DNA of 30,510 nucleotides from Macrostomum lignano (GCA_002269645.1 NIVC01004945.1:1-30510), one strand, 5' to 3'; positions 9,785 to 20,838 are shown, counted from the stretch's first letter. Notes: generated by a model from the sequence alone, not told the origin. Numbers and translations: made by a program.

Positions 9785-9909
9785 TGAGGTTTAAAACCCC
9801 ACTTTATCCAGCTTCATAAACCTAGCGCTACTTATAGGATGTAGAAACAGTTCAACTTTTCTATCAGGGTGGTCACCCTCAAAAATTTTTTTTTATTTTA
9901 GAGAAAAAA

Positions 9910-12900
9910 ATGCCAAAAGCTAATCCAGCAAAAGATTTAGTCAACAAACATTTTGCGTCTCATTTACCCTACCCTACAACCTTACAAGGCGTCTCATTTC
10001 AAGAAAAAGTAATTTACTAAGAGAAGCATGCAAACAAAAGTTCAACACCGACCCTGGTCACCTGGGAAGCTATGAAAAACAGTTGGAAATCATCAAACAA
10101 TTAGAATCCAACCAGTATGCGCCTATACAAAATCCTGCAAAGGAACACCAAGAGAGGAGTCGCAACTTGTTAACAAATATGAAACTCTCACTGGTGAAAA
10201 AGCAAAGTACCCACAAAATAAGCAGGAACAAGAGAAATTAGAGCAATTAATCCATTTAAAAGAGTCGGAGCTTGCCACTGAAGAGATTAATTTTGCACAG
10301 AGGAAGTTTACAGAACATTACATAGAGTACACAATCCCAATTAACGGCACCAACGGCACCACCGCAAACATCTACGACTATAAAGACAGCATCCAATCAG
10401 TTGTTGATCACACACTCAAAACACGCAAGACCTTTAAACTACAGATATCATTCAAGATTGCATTTTATATGCCTGCAAAACCCACTGAGCATCTCGAGTA
10501 TTACATGACAACAAAGGCAAAGCCATTCACCCCTACAGACACACTGGATCCTTTCCTTCAAGATGTCACTAAGAAAATTGAAGCGTTTACATCCAGAGGT
10601 TCCGGATGGGTCGTAGGAGGGATTCAAAGAGCACTGTCATGGTCATGAAATATGACCCACTTAAAGCCTCCTCTTATATAGAGCTCCCGCATAAGCTAGC
10701 CGGTAAAAAAGCTTGCATAAATGTTAAAAATAAAGACAATTGCTGTGCTCTATGGGCAGTTCTTTCTGCACTTCTTCATGATAGTGTCCCTCACCACCCC
10801 GAAAGAACCTCAAATTATCAAAATTATTTCAACTACTATCTCATTGAATGCGAAAAGAAGGGAATCAGGTTTGACAAAGGAGGCTTGGCAATCTCTTAGA
10901 TCCCAAAGCTAGAAGAAGTGTTTAATAACAAAATTAGAATCACAGTCTTTGAGTGGAGTGAGAAAACTGAAAAGTTCAACGGTCAGATGTAGCAAAGACG
11001 TTTTAGATCCTGAGGAAAAGGCGGACTGAAGTGGATCTTCTAGTGATTGGTAATTTACTAGAGGAGGCTCACTATGTTTGGATTAAAGATCTTTCAAGAC
11101 TCATTCACAAGCAGTTGAATAATCATCACGAGGCTGTTGCCATCTGCCGCTTGTGCCTTAAGCATTACAGTGGACCTGAACGCTTTGAAAAGCTAACAGA
11201 GCATGAATTATCATGCGAGGATCACCCGACAAACTGCTCTCTTCCTTCAGCTGAAGAGAAGTATCTCCGGTTTAAGAACTATCACAAGATGGAGAAGCTC
11301 CCATTTGTTGTATATGCTGATTTTGAATGCTCAATCATGCCAGAAACTCAAAAACAAACTCAAACTCAAAAACATGTCCCCAATTCAGTAGCATATGCCT
11401 TTATTAATACAAAAGGACTTGTTGAGTATAATTATTTCTTTGGAGAGCAGTGTGTGGAGCAGTTTATTGCCAGAATGTTAGAGTTGCAAAGAGTAATTAG
11501 CACCCTTCAACCTGTTCCAATAAGTATGTCTGAGGAGGATGAAAGCAATTTCCTATCAGCAACTCATTGCCACATCTGCAGGAAACATTTAACTTGCACT
11601 AATATTAAAAACCCCACCGTTAGGGACCACTGCCACTTTACTGGGAAATTTAGAGGTGCAGCGCATAACACCTGTAATCTAAAGCTAAAATCGAACATTC
11701 ATGATCTAACGATATTTTGTCACAACGCAAAGAACTATGACATGCATTTAATAGTTGAAAAAATCGGCATGATTCCAGACATACACCTTGACTGCATCGC
11801 AGAGAACAAGGAGAAGTTTAAGTGTGTTGATATTAAACAGGATAATTCGGGTAAAGGTGAAGGTTCGGGTACAGGTAAAATAAGACTGAAGGATTCATAT
11901 CAATTTCTAGCTGCCAGTCTAGACGAACTAAGCAAGAATCTAAAAGATGAACAATGTACATATACAAAGATATTTGCAAGTAAATTAACAACAGTGATGA
12001 ATCATTTAAACTTTTAAGAAAGAAAGGCTTCTACCCCTATGAAAATATTACTGGGTATCACGTTTTGAAGAGGTTTACCACCACAGGAGAAGTTCTTTTC
12101 AAAGCTAACAGACTCTGGAATCTCTGACAAAGACTATGAGCACGCGAAGCATGTCTATAATTACTTTAATTGTCAAAACTTCTTCCAGTATCACCTGCTT
12201 TACCTCTACACAGATGTGTTTCTGCTGGCTGATGTGTTTGAAACCTTCAGAGACACCTGGTACACAGCATATGGCCTCGATCCAGCACATTATGTGTCTC
12301 TGCCTGCCACTAGCTGGGAATCTTTGCTTAAAATGAAATGGGATCAAGATCCAGATTGGTACATTGAACTTCTTACAGACATTGACATGTACAATTTTGT
12401 CGAATCGTCAAAGCGAGGGGGAATCTCAATTTGCGTTAACAGGTATGCAAAAGCAAACAATCCCTACATTGAATCTTACAATAAGGAGCAGCCCTCAAAC
12501 TACATTACTTACTTGGACGCTAATAATCTCTACGGGTGGGCGATGAGTCAAGATCTTCCAGTTAGAGATTTTCGATGGCTACCCTCATCAGAATTCAAAT
12601 GGGACTTTTCATTGGCTGCCATTTATGAGGTTGATGTTTACATTCCACCAGAGCTTCACGACTATTTCTCTGACTTTCCACCCTTCCCAGAGAACATCAA
12701 GTGCCCGAAAATAATCGAAACTCCCAATGATAATAATGGAACTTGGCACCTGTCAGGAACAGAAAAAGAACATACAGAGAAACTAACACAGAATCTAAAC
12801 AACAAGACACGTTACAAAATCCATTACAAACTGCTTCAATATTTTATCTCACTTGGTTGCAGGGTCACCAAAGTTCACAGGGCTCTTACATTTACAGAGG

Positions 12901-13788
12901 AAGCGTGGATGAAACCCTACATTGATAAGAACACCCAGTTTAGGACCAAAGCAACCAACGACTTTGACAAGAACCTCTTTAAGTTAGCCAACAACTCTGT
13001 CTATGGCAAGACTCTTGAGAATGAGCGGAAAAGAACAAACCTGAAACTTGTTACCTCATCAGAGCCTGCTGTTATTCAGGCAAATATGTCAAAGCCAACG
13101 TTCAAAGAACTCCATATCTTTAATAGCTACTTAGGTGTGATCATATTTTACAAAACCAAGTGACGCTGCGCAAGCCGATCTATACAGGTGTCACTGTTCT
13201 CGACGAATCAAAACGTTGATGTACCAGTTCTTCTATGGCATGAAGCAGCAGTACAAGGATAAAATGAAACTCTTGTACACTGACACAGACAGTTTTATTA
13301 TGGACATTCAAACAGAAGACATTTATCAGGACATGCTGCAGCAAAAAGAGTTGTTTGACTTGTCTGAGTATGACGAATCTTGCAGGACGCTGAATGGTGA
13401 TCAAGTGTTTGACGCCACTAACAAGAAAGTGATTGGGAAAATGAAGGACGAGATTGCTGGTGATATAATCACTGAATTCATTGGGTTGAGAGCAAAGTCC
13501 TATTTTGTAAAATGTGAGTCGTCAGACCCAATTAAAAAATCAAAGGGAATTCCGAAACGTGTGGTTAGGAAGGAAATTAATGAAGCTGAATACAGAGACG
13601 CCTTGAATTGCAACAAAAAGACATCACATGAGTTCTCAAAGCTACAATCTAAAAACCATATTATTCACACAATTCAGCAAAAGAAGATTGGACTGTCAGG
13701 TGCAGATAACAAGAGATTCATTTTTGATGACAATATCAACAGTCTACCGTTCGGGCACTGGAGATTAGGCTTAGGAGATTGGGTTTAG
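9910..13788 (+). CDS. polB: Protein-primed family B DNA polymerase, interrupted by at least 8 frame disruptions as assembled
   Basis: RGSGW, PLKASSYIELP, KKACINVKN, ExoI YADFE, ExoII HNAKNYD, ExoIII YTDVFLL, KRGGIS, motif A YLDANNLYG, motif B KLANNSVYGK, motif C YTDTDS, KMKDE and KSKG, all in order across frames. The N-terminal 300 bp is uncertain. Confidence 0.95.
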
Positions 13789-13873
13789 GAGGTTGAGGTT
13801 GGGTTTAGGAGATTAGGAGATTGGGTTTAGGTTTAAGAGAAAGTTTAATAAACCTCATAAAAATAACATAAAA

Positions 13874-14274
13874 ATGACGACAAATAACTTTCTGAAGATT
13901 TGGCTAACGAACTGGAAATCCCAAACTTTAGAGGAATATTTATGAGGGACACTCTGCCTGATTTTCCTCTAAGAAAGGAATGCGGCATCATGAACTTTGA
14001 CACCACCGATAAGCCAGGATCTCATTGGGTTTGCTGGGTGATTGATCCCGATCGCAAGCACAAGTGTTATTACTTCGATAGCTATGGGACGGCAGTACCA
14101 GAAGAGCTAAGAAATTATATGAAGGGAAAAAATAATACAAAAATTTACCACTCAGACTTTATTCTTCAAGGTCTTAGCAGTGATATTTGCGGTGAGCTGT
14201 GCATGACTGTTTTGTATGCAATGACCAAAACACGAAAGACCTACAAGGAAATTATTCGTACCTGTGTTTCATAG
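13874..14274 (+). CDS. Adenain-like cysteine protease; frameshift near 13891
   Basis: GSHW, YFDSYG, Q...DICG (His/Asp/Cys triad plus oxyanion Gln); AAAATG at 13874 joins the listed ORF with one added base. Confidence 0.9.
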
Positions 14275-14278
14275 GGGT

Positions 14279-14935
14279 TCATTGTGCATTTCTCGTTGTA
14301 CTTCTCGTTGTCCTTCTTTCCACATAATGTTGAAGAACTTTCTCGAGTTCATTTCTCAGCTGACTCATGTCATCAGTACCGACCATGTTCAAGTTCATTC
14401 GAATTGATTGTTCATAAAGATCCTGAATGGTTTTGAACTCATCCTCTGAAATGAACTTATCCTCGATTGCCCTTGAAATGTACCCTATGATTGATGTGTG
14501 CACCCCTTTCTCTTTTACTTGCTTCTCCTGTAGCTGCTTTAGTTTTTTTCGCCTGTTTCGCGCTACTGCTCCAGTAATTGCTGAAATAAGTCCACATGCA
14601 GCACCCACAGAGCCGAGTGGGATTGCGATTGGGGCTGTGATGACTGGCAACACTGAGACAGCTGCAGCAGATCCAGATAGAACAGACACAGATCCTAGAA
14701 TCATATTGCTGTAGTCGAAAAATTTACAGTGGCTGTCATAGCGCTTAATTTTCTTTGTGTTGTGGAAAATATTTTTTTCAAGATCATCGCGCATTTTTTG
14801 AATCTCCACTAGTCGAAACTGTTGAGAGTTACAAGTAATGACGGGGTAGAGTTTTTGTTGCTCATATTGGGGTGCACTAGGTGCACTAGGTGTTGTGGGA
14901 GCGTTCGGATCATAAAGAGAATTTTGAGCATCCAT
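14279..14935 (-). CDS. Putative membrane protein with central hydrophobic hairpin (218 aa), resembling a conserved Polinton/adintovirus family (so-called GasderminX type)
   Basis: LYP...FRLVEI N-terminus, about 45 Gly/Ala-rich hydrophobic residues, basic RNRRKKLK stretch and ISRAIEDKFISEDEF tail. Family name from recall. Confidence 0.6.
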   Translation of the reverse strand: MDAQNSLYDPNAPTTPSAPSAPQYEQQKLYPVITCNSQQFRLVEIQKMRDDLEKNIFHNTKKIKRYDSHCKFFDYSNMILGSVSVLSGSAAAVSVLPVITAPIAIPLGSVGAACGLISAITGAVARNRRKKLKQLQEKQVKEKGVHTSIIGYISRAIEDKFISEDEFKTIQDLYEQSIRMNLNMVGTDDMSQLRNELEKVLQHYVERRTTRSTTRNAQ

Positions 14936-15045
14936 TTTTTAGGGAATTTTTTAAAAAAAATCGGCAACTATAGTTGGTGGTGGTTAGATTTGTTTTACGG
15001 TTGATTGCTTCGTCTGCAGTGACGGCAACAGGTCTCTGAATCTGC

Positions 15046-15789
15046 CTATTCATTATCTGTGAGCTCCATTCTACGCATGATCTCAAACAAGTCGGTTGGA
15101 TCACTTGTTTCCCTTGTGGTCTGTGGTGCCTCTTCAGCGTCAATGTTTTTGAGATTATGCAAGCGTTCAAGACGACCGATTCTTCTCACCGATTTCTGCC
15201 ATTCGGTAAAAACTAAATCTACAAAGACTTTATTTGCAGTAATTCTTACTTTGATTTGATCATGCAACGCTGTTGACTGAGTCATGAACTCTTCTAAATT
15301 CCTCACTTTACCTGTGTTGGTTGCGACGTTTTCTTTAATTCTATCATGCAACGCTGTTGACTGGTTCATGAACTCTTCTAAATTATTCACTTTAGCTGTG
15401 TTTGTGAAAACTCCTTCTTCAAGAATGCGCATCCGCCTATCAATGGAGTTTCTCAGAAGATTAATTGTCGATGCTAAATTTGTTCTTAAACCGTTGATTT
15501 GCGAGACTGCCGAAGTTATTTCTGACCTTAGTTCATTAGTTGCGTGTACAACCTGTACATAAAGCTTATCACTTTCAAACTTCTGCCTGGCTACTTTTAT
15601 GCGGAGATCTTCTATGTTTATCTGTAGCTGGTGCATGGAGCGCTCTAATTGTTTCAGTCTGTTTTTATTCAGTTTGATCTCTGGGATCTTTTCGTCGCTG
15701 TTGATATATCGCCTGTCAAGTATGGATATTTGAGCTGATGTAAGAGCGCTGTTGCCAGAAATGGATTCACCTGCAAAGTTTATTGACAT
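15046..15789 (-). CDS. Coiled-coil protein (247 aa) with an internal 28-aa duplication
   Basis: Heptad-rich; 84-bp DNA duplication visible at 15261 and 15345. Confidence 0.7.
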   Translation of the reverse strand: MSINFAGESISGNSALTSAQISILDRRYINSDEKIPEIKLNKNRLKQLERSMHQLQINIEDLRIKVARQKFESDKLYVQVVHATNELRSEITSAVSQINGLRTNLASTINLLRNSIDRRMRILEEGVFTNTAKVNNLEEFMNQSTALHDRIKENVATNTGKVRNLEEFMTQSTALHDQIKVRITANKVFVDLVFTEWQKSVRRIGRLERLHNLKNIDAEEAPQTTRETSDPTDLFEIMRRMELTDNE

Positions 15790-15805
15790 CTTTTAATAGC
15801 AAATT

Positions 15806-16604
15806 TTAAATTACAGTTCTTTTTTCTTTGCTGATAATCACAAACTGGTAAGGCTGATTCCACTTGTCATAGCAAAGATTAACGAATTCCTCTTGTGAAA
15901 TCTTTCTGCTTGAGTTTTTTGTTGGATTTATGAAATAGGCAGGCGCAATGACCTCATTGTAAAATCTTTTTAACCTGTCCTGTGGAATGGTTGGAAACAG
16001 GAGAATCAGATTGCAGTTCCCGCGAATTGTTTTGTTCGGGAGCTCGAACCAGTTCTGTGCAATGTAAATTACATTACAATTGTTATGTCGTCCTCTTGTA
16101 AAATAGTTTTCTATCTGCTTCTGTGGGCCTGTCATACAATCATCAAAGACGATCAAATGCTTTCTCCCCTTTTCTAGCTCATCTGGTTGGGGTAGAAGTT
16201 TGTCTTTGGATCAGCCTGTGGATCTCCATAGGTGAACACTTTAATGTTCTGCCATTTTTCATTGTCTTTGAGGTGCTTTGAATATTCAGCAGCTACAATT
16301 TCTGGGTTACTGGGAAGGCTCATTTGGTTATTAAAACATGCAATAATGTCCTCTTTGTTCAGCTTGTTTTGAAACCCTGCAATCAACATTCTATACTCAT
16401 CTTGATACAGTGTGGGAGAGTAGATGTGCAGAGTGTCATAGTCGATAAAGCCAGGTCTAAGAAGCATGTTAAAGACTCTGAATGTTTACCTGAACCTGAT
16501 GAACCAACAACAATGCATCTGAAATGACTCGGAATTGACTCGTGATGAGAAAACTTAATCTGATTACGCGTCCAGTGAGGATTGAAGTCGTTTGAAAAGT
16601 CCAT
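15806..16604 (-). CDS. A32/FtsK-like packaging ATPase, split by two 1-nt frameshifts
   Basis: Walker A GSSGSGK(T), Walker B LIVFDD, FTRGRHNN, IAQNWF and IRGN. One added base in each of the runs at 16485-16487 and 16199-16201 fuses the three frames. Confidence 0.92.
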
Positions 16605-16640
16605 TTTTTCTATGAAAAAAATTAAATAATAAATCATTTA

Positions 16641-16997
16641 GATGTGTCATTTCGGGACTTGAATGTGTCGTTTTGGGACTTAGATGTGTCATTTTGGGAC
16701 TTGGATGTGTTATTTTGGGACTTAGATGTGTCATTTTGGGACTTAGATGTGTCATTTTGGGACTTAGATGTGCCATTTTGGGACTTAGATGTGTCATTTT
16801 GGGACTTAAATGTGTCATTTTGGGACTTAGATGTGTCATTTTGGGACTTGGATGTGTTATTTTGGGACTTAGATGTGTCATTTTGGGACTTAGATGTGTC
16901 ATTTTGGGACTTAGATGTGCCATTTTGGGACTTAGATGTGTCATTTTGGGACTTAAATGTGTCATTTTGGGACTTAGATGTGTCATTTCGGGACTAG
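16641..16997. repeat. 21-bp tandem repeat, 17 copies (GATGTGTCATTTTGGGACTTA), inside the Polinton
   Basis: Direct reading; variant units recur with a 7-unit (147-bp) period. Confidence 0.95.
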
Positions 16998-17020
16998 TCT
17001 TGTACCCTCGGAAAGTACCT

Positions 17021-17410
17021 TTAGTCAAATTTGAAACCACTTCCTTTTTTAATGCTTGCTCTCATCTTCTCATAGACTGCAGGGTCCACACTGTCTGGAT
17101 TTGGGGCCAGCGGGGCCAGCGGGGCCAGTGGAGGTTGAATCTCTTGTTTAGGTGTTACAGTATCCTTTATCTTTTTGGCTGCTGTGGCTACACTGCCAGC
17201 CGCTTCGGCAACGTTCTTGATGTTCTCTTTGTTCTCTCCAATGACCTTAAAAATCTTAGCCCCCTGAGCGATCAAATCAGCAAGGCCATTCCCAGAGCGT
17301 TCTTTTCTTGGATAGTGGCCTGCAGGGAAAAGTCCAGATCCGCGTTTAATGAGATTAAGTTCCTCTTTGTCATAGTATTTGTCAATGTCTTTTTCGAAAA
17401 TAAGAGGCAT
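17021..17410 (-). CDS. Small putative core/lytic protein (129 aa) with GxG motifs and an amphipathic helix
   Basis: AAAAATG at 17410; KRGSG, RSGNG-LADLIAQGAKIFKVIG and KKGSG. Confidence 0.65.
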   Translation of the reverse strand: MPLIFEKDIDKYYDKEELNLIKRGSGLFPAGHYPRKERSGNGLADLIAQGAKIFKVIGENKENIKNVAEAAGSVATAAKKIKDTVTPKQEIQPPLAPLAPLAPNPDSVDPAVYEKMRASIKKGSGFKFD

Positions 17411-17426
17411 TTTTACTTGAAATAAA

Positions 17427-18571
17427 TTATTTTTTGTTGAACCGCGAAAGCAGAAGCTCTCTCGCCCTCTTATCGATGTATTTTCTCTCAAGCATTTTGT
17501 CCAGGATGTTGACAAATTCTTTTCTATTTTCATCTTTCATTCCGGTCTTTGCCGCTCCTAGAAGAACCGCTACTCGCTTGTAGAATTCAGGCATGCCTTT
17601 TCCGGAAGAGCTTGGAGGTGATTCGAATGATTGGTCAGAGGAGGAACTGTCATGTGGCGCTTGTCTTTGTTGAGGTGTGAATACTCTGTCATTGATTCGC
17701 TTCATTCGTTCTGGGGAGAGCCGCTCTAATTGTCGCCAAGTATCAGGGTTCGTATCTTTGTACTGCGAAACAACAATCGGTTCTGCGGCGTCAAGTTGAT
17801 CAAGTACTTGTTCAACCTGGGTTTTTTGTTGCTGTGGAGGTGGTGGTTGCTGTGGTTGCTGCTGTTGTTGTGGTTGCTGCTGTTGTTGTCTTATGACCTC
17901 TTCTTGATCTGGCAAACCAAACCATTGTTTAAAGTATTTGTATTTTCTAAACCTGTTCAAGTCAATCCTGTTTTCATGTAAAACTTTCAAAACACCGTTG
18001 TTCTTGAGCATATCTATATCCCTCTCTAAAGCGAAGGTAACAAGATCTTTGTAATTTTCGAACTGCTTTTTAGACGTTTTCTCTAGATTTTTAGTCATGT
18101 AGTCGAGTAAACTTTGAGTGAAGGGGATTCGTTTAGTTTCTGCGCCTTTATTGATTAAAATATTTTCCTTTGTCACTTCAATGTTGTAATCCGCCGGTTC
18201 CCCGGTAATATTTTTTCGCCAGGCGCTAATTCCAAAAATATATTTTCCATCATCCAATACGGGACCAAAAAGTTATCCGTCACTTTCATCTGCACTGGTT
18301 GTCCTGGTTCCTGAGCCTGTGGTTGTCCCGGTGAAGATGGGATTTTACCCAATGTGTTTTGCAAGTGGCTCTCTTGAATATCATCAACTGCTTCCTTCAC
18401 AGTGTCGAGGTTTTTCTTCGCTTCTGTGTATCCGGGTTTGTGAAATTCGGTGGCTGCTTGGACAAACTCATTGTAGGATTGTTGCTCCTTATTTATTAGC
18501 CCGGTAACTCGTTTCTCTGCTTGTGCTAGCTTCTCCAATTCAGATATCTGCTGTGTACTTTTTCGCTTCGT
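17427..18571 (-). CDS. Hypothetical protein (about 380 aa if fused at the A5 run near 18267-18271); Gln/Pro-rich linker
   Basis: Two overlapping ORFs joined by one homopolymer indel. The C-terminal FYKRVAVLLGAAKTG..EFVNILDKMLERKYI resembles a helical motif recurrent in Polinton proteins. The only A-rich start context is ACG at 18571. Confidence 0.6.
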
Positions 18572-18601
18572 TTCTTATTTTATTTTATTTTTAGTTAAAA
18601 A

Positions 18602-19897
18602 ATGAACGACCCACTGACACCAGTTTTCTACAAAATTAACAAGCCTATTTTGAGTGATGATAGCACAATCAAAGCGACTCAGGTAAGAGTTCCCAGTCAG
18701 GAAAATCAGAATGAAACTAATCTTGGTCCTGGCCAAACACTGACATTTACATACAATGGATGTTCGTCTTTGGTCAGTGTCCACAGTCTAAGGAGCGGCT
18801 TCTATATGACGTTTCAATTCAAAACTAAAGGAGGCGCAGACGCCGCTCATGCTAATGATGATCTACACAATGCGGATGTCGCACTAACCAGTAATTTCTG
18901 GGCTTATATGTTCAAAGAGTTTAATGTGTCCAATGGAAGTACAGAGTTGGAAAGAATAGCAAACTTTGGTGTGGTCTATGATACCCAGTGCTTGATTGAG
19001 AACCCGGATTTTATTCAGATGGGGAGCGGTGCTGGATTCATCCCCAATGAACAGACAGGAGATGAGAATGACCCTGGTTACAAAAAGAGAAAGGAGAGAT
19101 ACAACTATGCTCTTGCTGGTGAGAACGATGCTGCTAAGAATCCGCTGTTTAGGTCTGTAGATATTTTTGTACCTTTGAGGTTTATGAGTGGTTTCTGTAA
19201 TAGTTTCAATCGGTTGACAAGCAACTTTAGCTACACATTTAGACTGACTAGAGATGATCGGAACAGAGGAATTTGGTCGGGGGCCAATCATACATCGATG
19301 GAGATTAAGCTAACTAGCGTGGAGCTGTACTTAGAAATTATTGAGCCCAAGACTGCACTCAAAGCTGAATACTTGAAGGCGATTGAGAAAGACATTGATG
19401 TTGCTTATACAGCTTATATGTGCAGAGATGAGCGGAATGACGCAAGACACAATATTTGCATTAAAGAAGGCTCCTGTAGCAATCCAAGGTACATTATTGT
19501 CACTATGAGGAATACAACTAATGTAGGTAGATATCTACATGGAAACATTCGATCGATTCAGCATGAGATCAGTGACAATTTATACCCTGCATTGCCACAA
19601 AATGGGAATTTCTCGGAGAACAAGATTAGTAAGTTTTACAATGAACTGTCGGACTTGGCTGTCAAAGAGAATAACGGTATTGTTTTGACAACCTTGCAGT
19701 ATAAAAAACTATATCCAATATTTGGTGTTGATGTGACTGCTAGACAAATGCCTACAGACAATAGCCCTGTTAACATTGTGACTAATATCGAGCGGAAAGA
19801 ATTTGGTGCCGCAACGGCTGTTGATCTGTTTATTATCTATGCATTTGAGAGGAAGATCAAGGTCAATATGATCAATAACTCGTCTAGTAAAGTTTGA
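18602..19897 (+). CDS. Major capsid protein (double jelly-roll, hexon-like), 431 aa
   Basis: Intact ORF of MCP size, beta-rich, with VPLRFMSGF, FRLTR, KLTSVELYLE, PRYIIV and YPIFGVD motifs; directly upstream of the penton gene. Confidence 0.85.
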   Translation: MNDPLTPVFYKINKPILSDDSTIKATQVRVPSQENQNETNLGPGQTLTFTYNGCSSLVSVHSLRSGFYMTFQFKTKGGADAAHANDDLHNADVALTSNFWAYMFKEFNVSNGSTELERIANFGVVYDTQCLIENPDFIQMGSGAGFIPNEQTGDENDPGYKKRKERYNYALAGENDAAKNPLFRSVDIFVPLRFMSGFCNSFNRLTSNFSYTFRLTRDDRNRGIWSGANHTSMEIKLTSVELYLEIIEPKTALKAEYLKAIEKDIDVAYTAYMCRDERNDARHNICIKEGSCSNPRYIIVTMRNTTNVGRYLHGNIRSIQHEISDNLYPALPQNGNFSENKISKFYNELSDLAVKENNGIVLTTLQYKKLYPIFGVDVTARQMPTDNSPVNIVTNIERKEFGAATAVDLFIIYAFERKIKVNMINNSSSKV

Positions 19898-19919
19898 ATA
19901 ATTTTTTTTCAATAAAAAA

Positions 19920-20777
19920 ATGGAAGCCATAGCCGAAAGACTGAACAACATTGTTTCACACTCTAAGGAGAGCATTCCAATCACTGTAGCGGGTCGCATT
20001 ACTGAGTCAAACGGAATCTTCATTCAAAAATTGGAGCAACCACTTCGTTTGGATCCCGAGGCGAATTACCACGTCTATCTCAATGATTTCACTGGGTGGT
20101 CAAATGTTCCCAATGTGACAGCGGAAAATAACAAGTTTTATTACAAATGGAAGCGTACTACAACAGAGGTTGTGATATTTCCTGTCAGCACACAGAGCGT
20201 GGATACTTATAATTACTTCTTGGAGAACGTCTTCACTAAACGAAAGCATTTTGAGATACCGGATGAAAGCAAACCAGAAAATAAACTGTTCCCTGTTAGA
20301 TTAACTTATGATCTAACTGTCATGAGAGTTGTCTTGCAAGTTCATAAGGACGCAGAGGTAGAGTTTAAAGATGGCACTTGGTATCGCGAGTTGGGATTTG
20401 AAAAGAGAGTTTATGGTGGCGCCACAGACCAAAGCCCGCTGCAGGCGCCTGGCACTGTTGCTGTGTCCCGGCTAATATCCGGTATGTACTTGGCGCCAAA
20501 TATCGCTGACATTGTCAAAGGTTTGAATATATTAATTCGCAGCAATCTGAGCCATGATTGGATATTCAAGGGCAAACGAACCAACATACTTTTTAACATT
20601 TCAAACTCTGTTGCTGGTGGCAAAATGCTTGTGCAAAAGCCAAACCCCGTGAAAAGAGTGATTCTGAGTAATAGAGAGATACATGAAATCATTCTGCAGT
20701 TTGAAACAGAGGATGGCGTTGGTGTCGATTTTAACGGGGAAGAGTTTGTGCTAACAATTATTATTGAGAGAATGTGA
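19920..20777 (+). CDS. Minor capsid protein (penton-like), 285 aa
   Basis: PLRLD, SNVPNVTAENNKFYY, ELGF, ILIRSNL and VDFNGE match Polinton penton patterns. Confidence 0.85.
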   Translation: MEAIAERLNNIVSHSKESIPITVAGRITESNGIFIQKLEQPLRLDPEANYHVYLNDFTGWSNVPNVTAENNKFYYKWKRTTTEVVIFPVSTQSVDTYNYFLENVFTKRKHFEIPDESKPENKLFPVRLTYDLTVMRVVLQVHKDAEVEFKDGTWYRELGFEKRVYGGATDQSPLQAPGTVAVSRLISGMYLAPNIADIVKGLNILIRSNLSHDWIFKGKRTNILFNISNSVAGGKMLVQKPNPVKRVILSNREIHEIILQFETEDGVGVDFNGEEFVLTIIIERM

Positions 20778-20838
20778 GTCGTCTTCAGACTTGTAAAATT
20801 ACGATATAAGCCGCCAGGTACAACCGTGTAGTTGGCTA

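Noticed and set aside
13770-13845. TTAGG-rich stretch after PolB, telomere-like
   Set aside because: Short, degenerate and internal; not a true telomeric array.
16644-17425. Plus-strand repeat ORFs (FWDLDVS, CVILGLR)
   Set aside because: Alternative frames of the 21-bp array, antisense to neighbouring genes.
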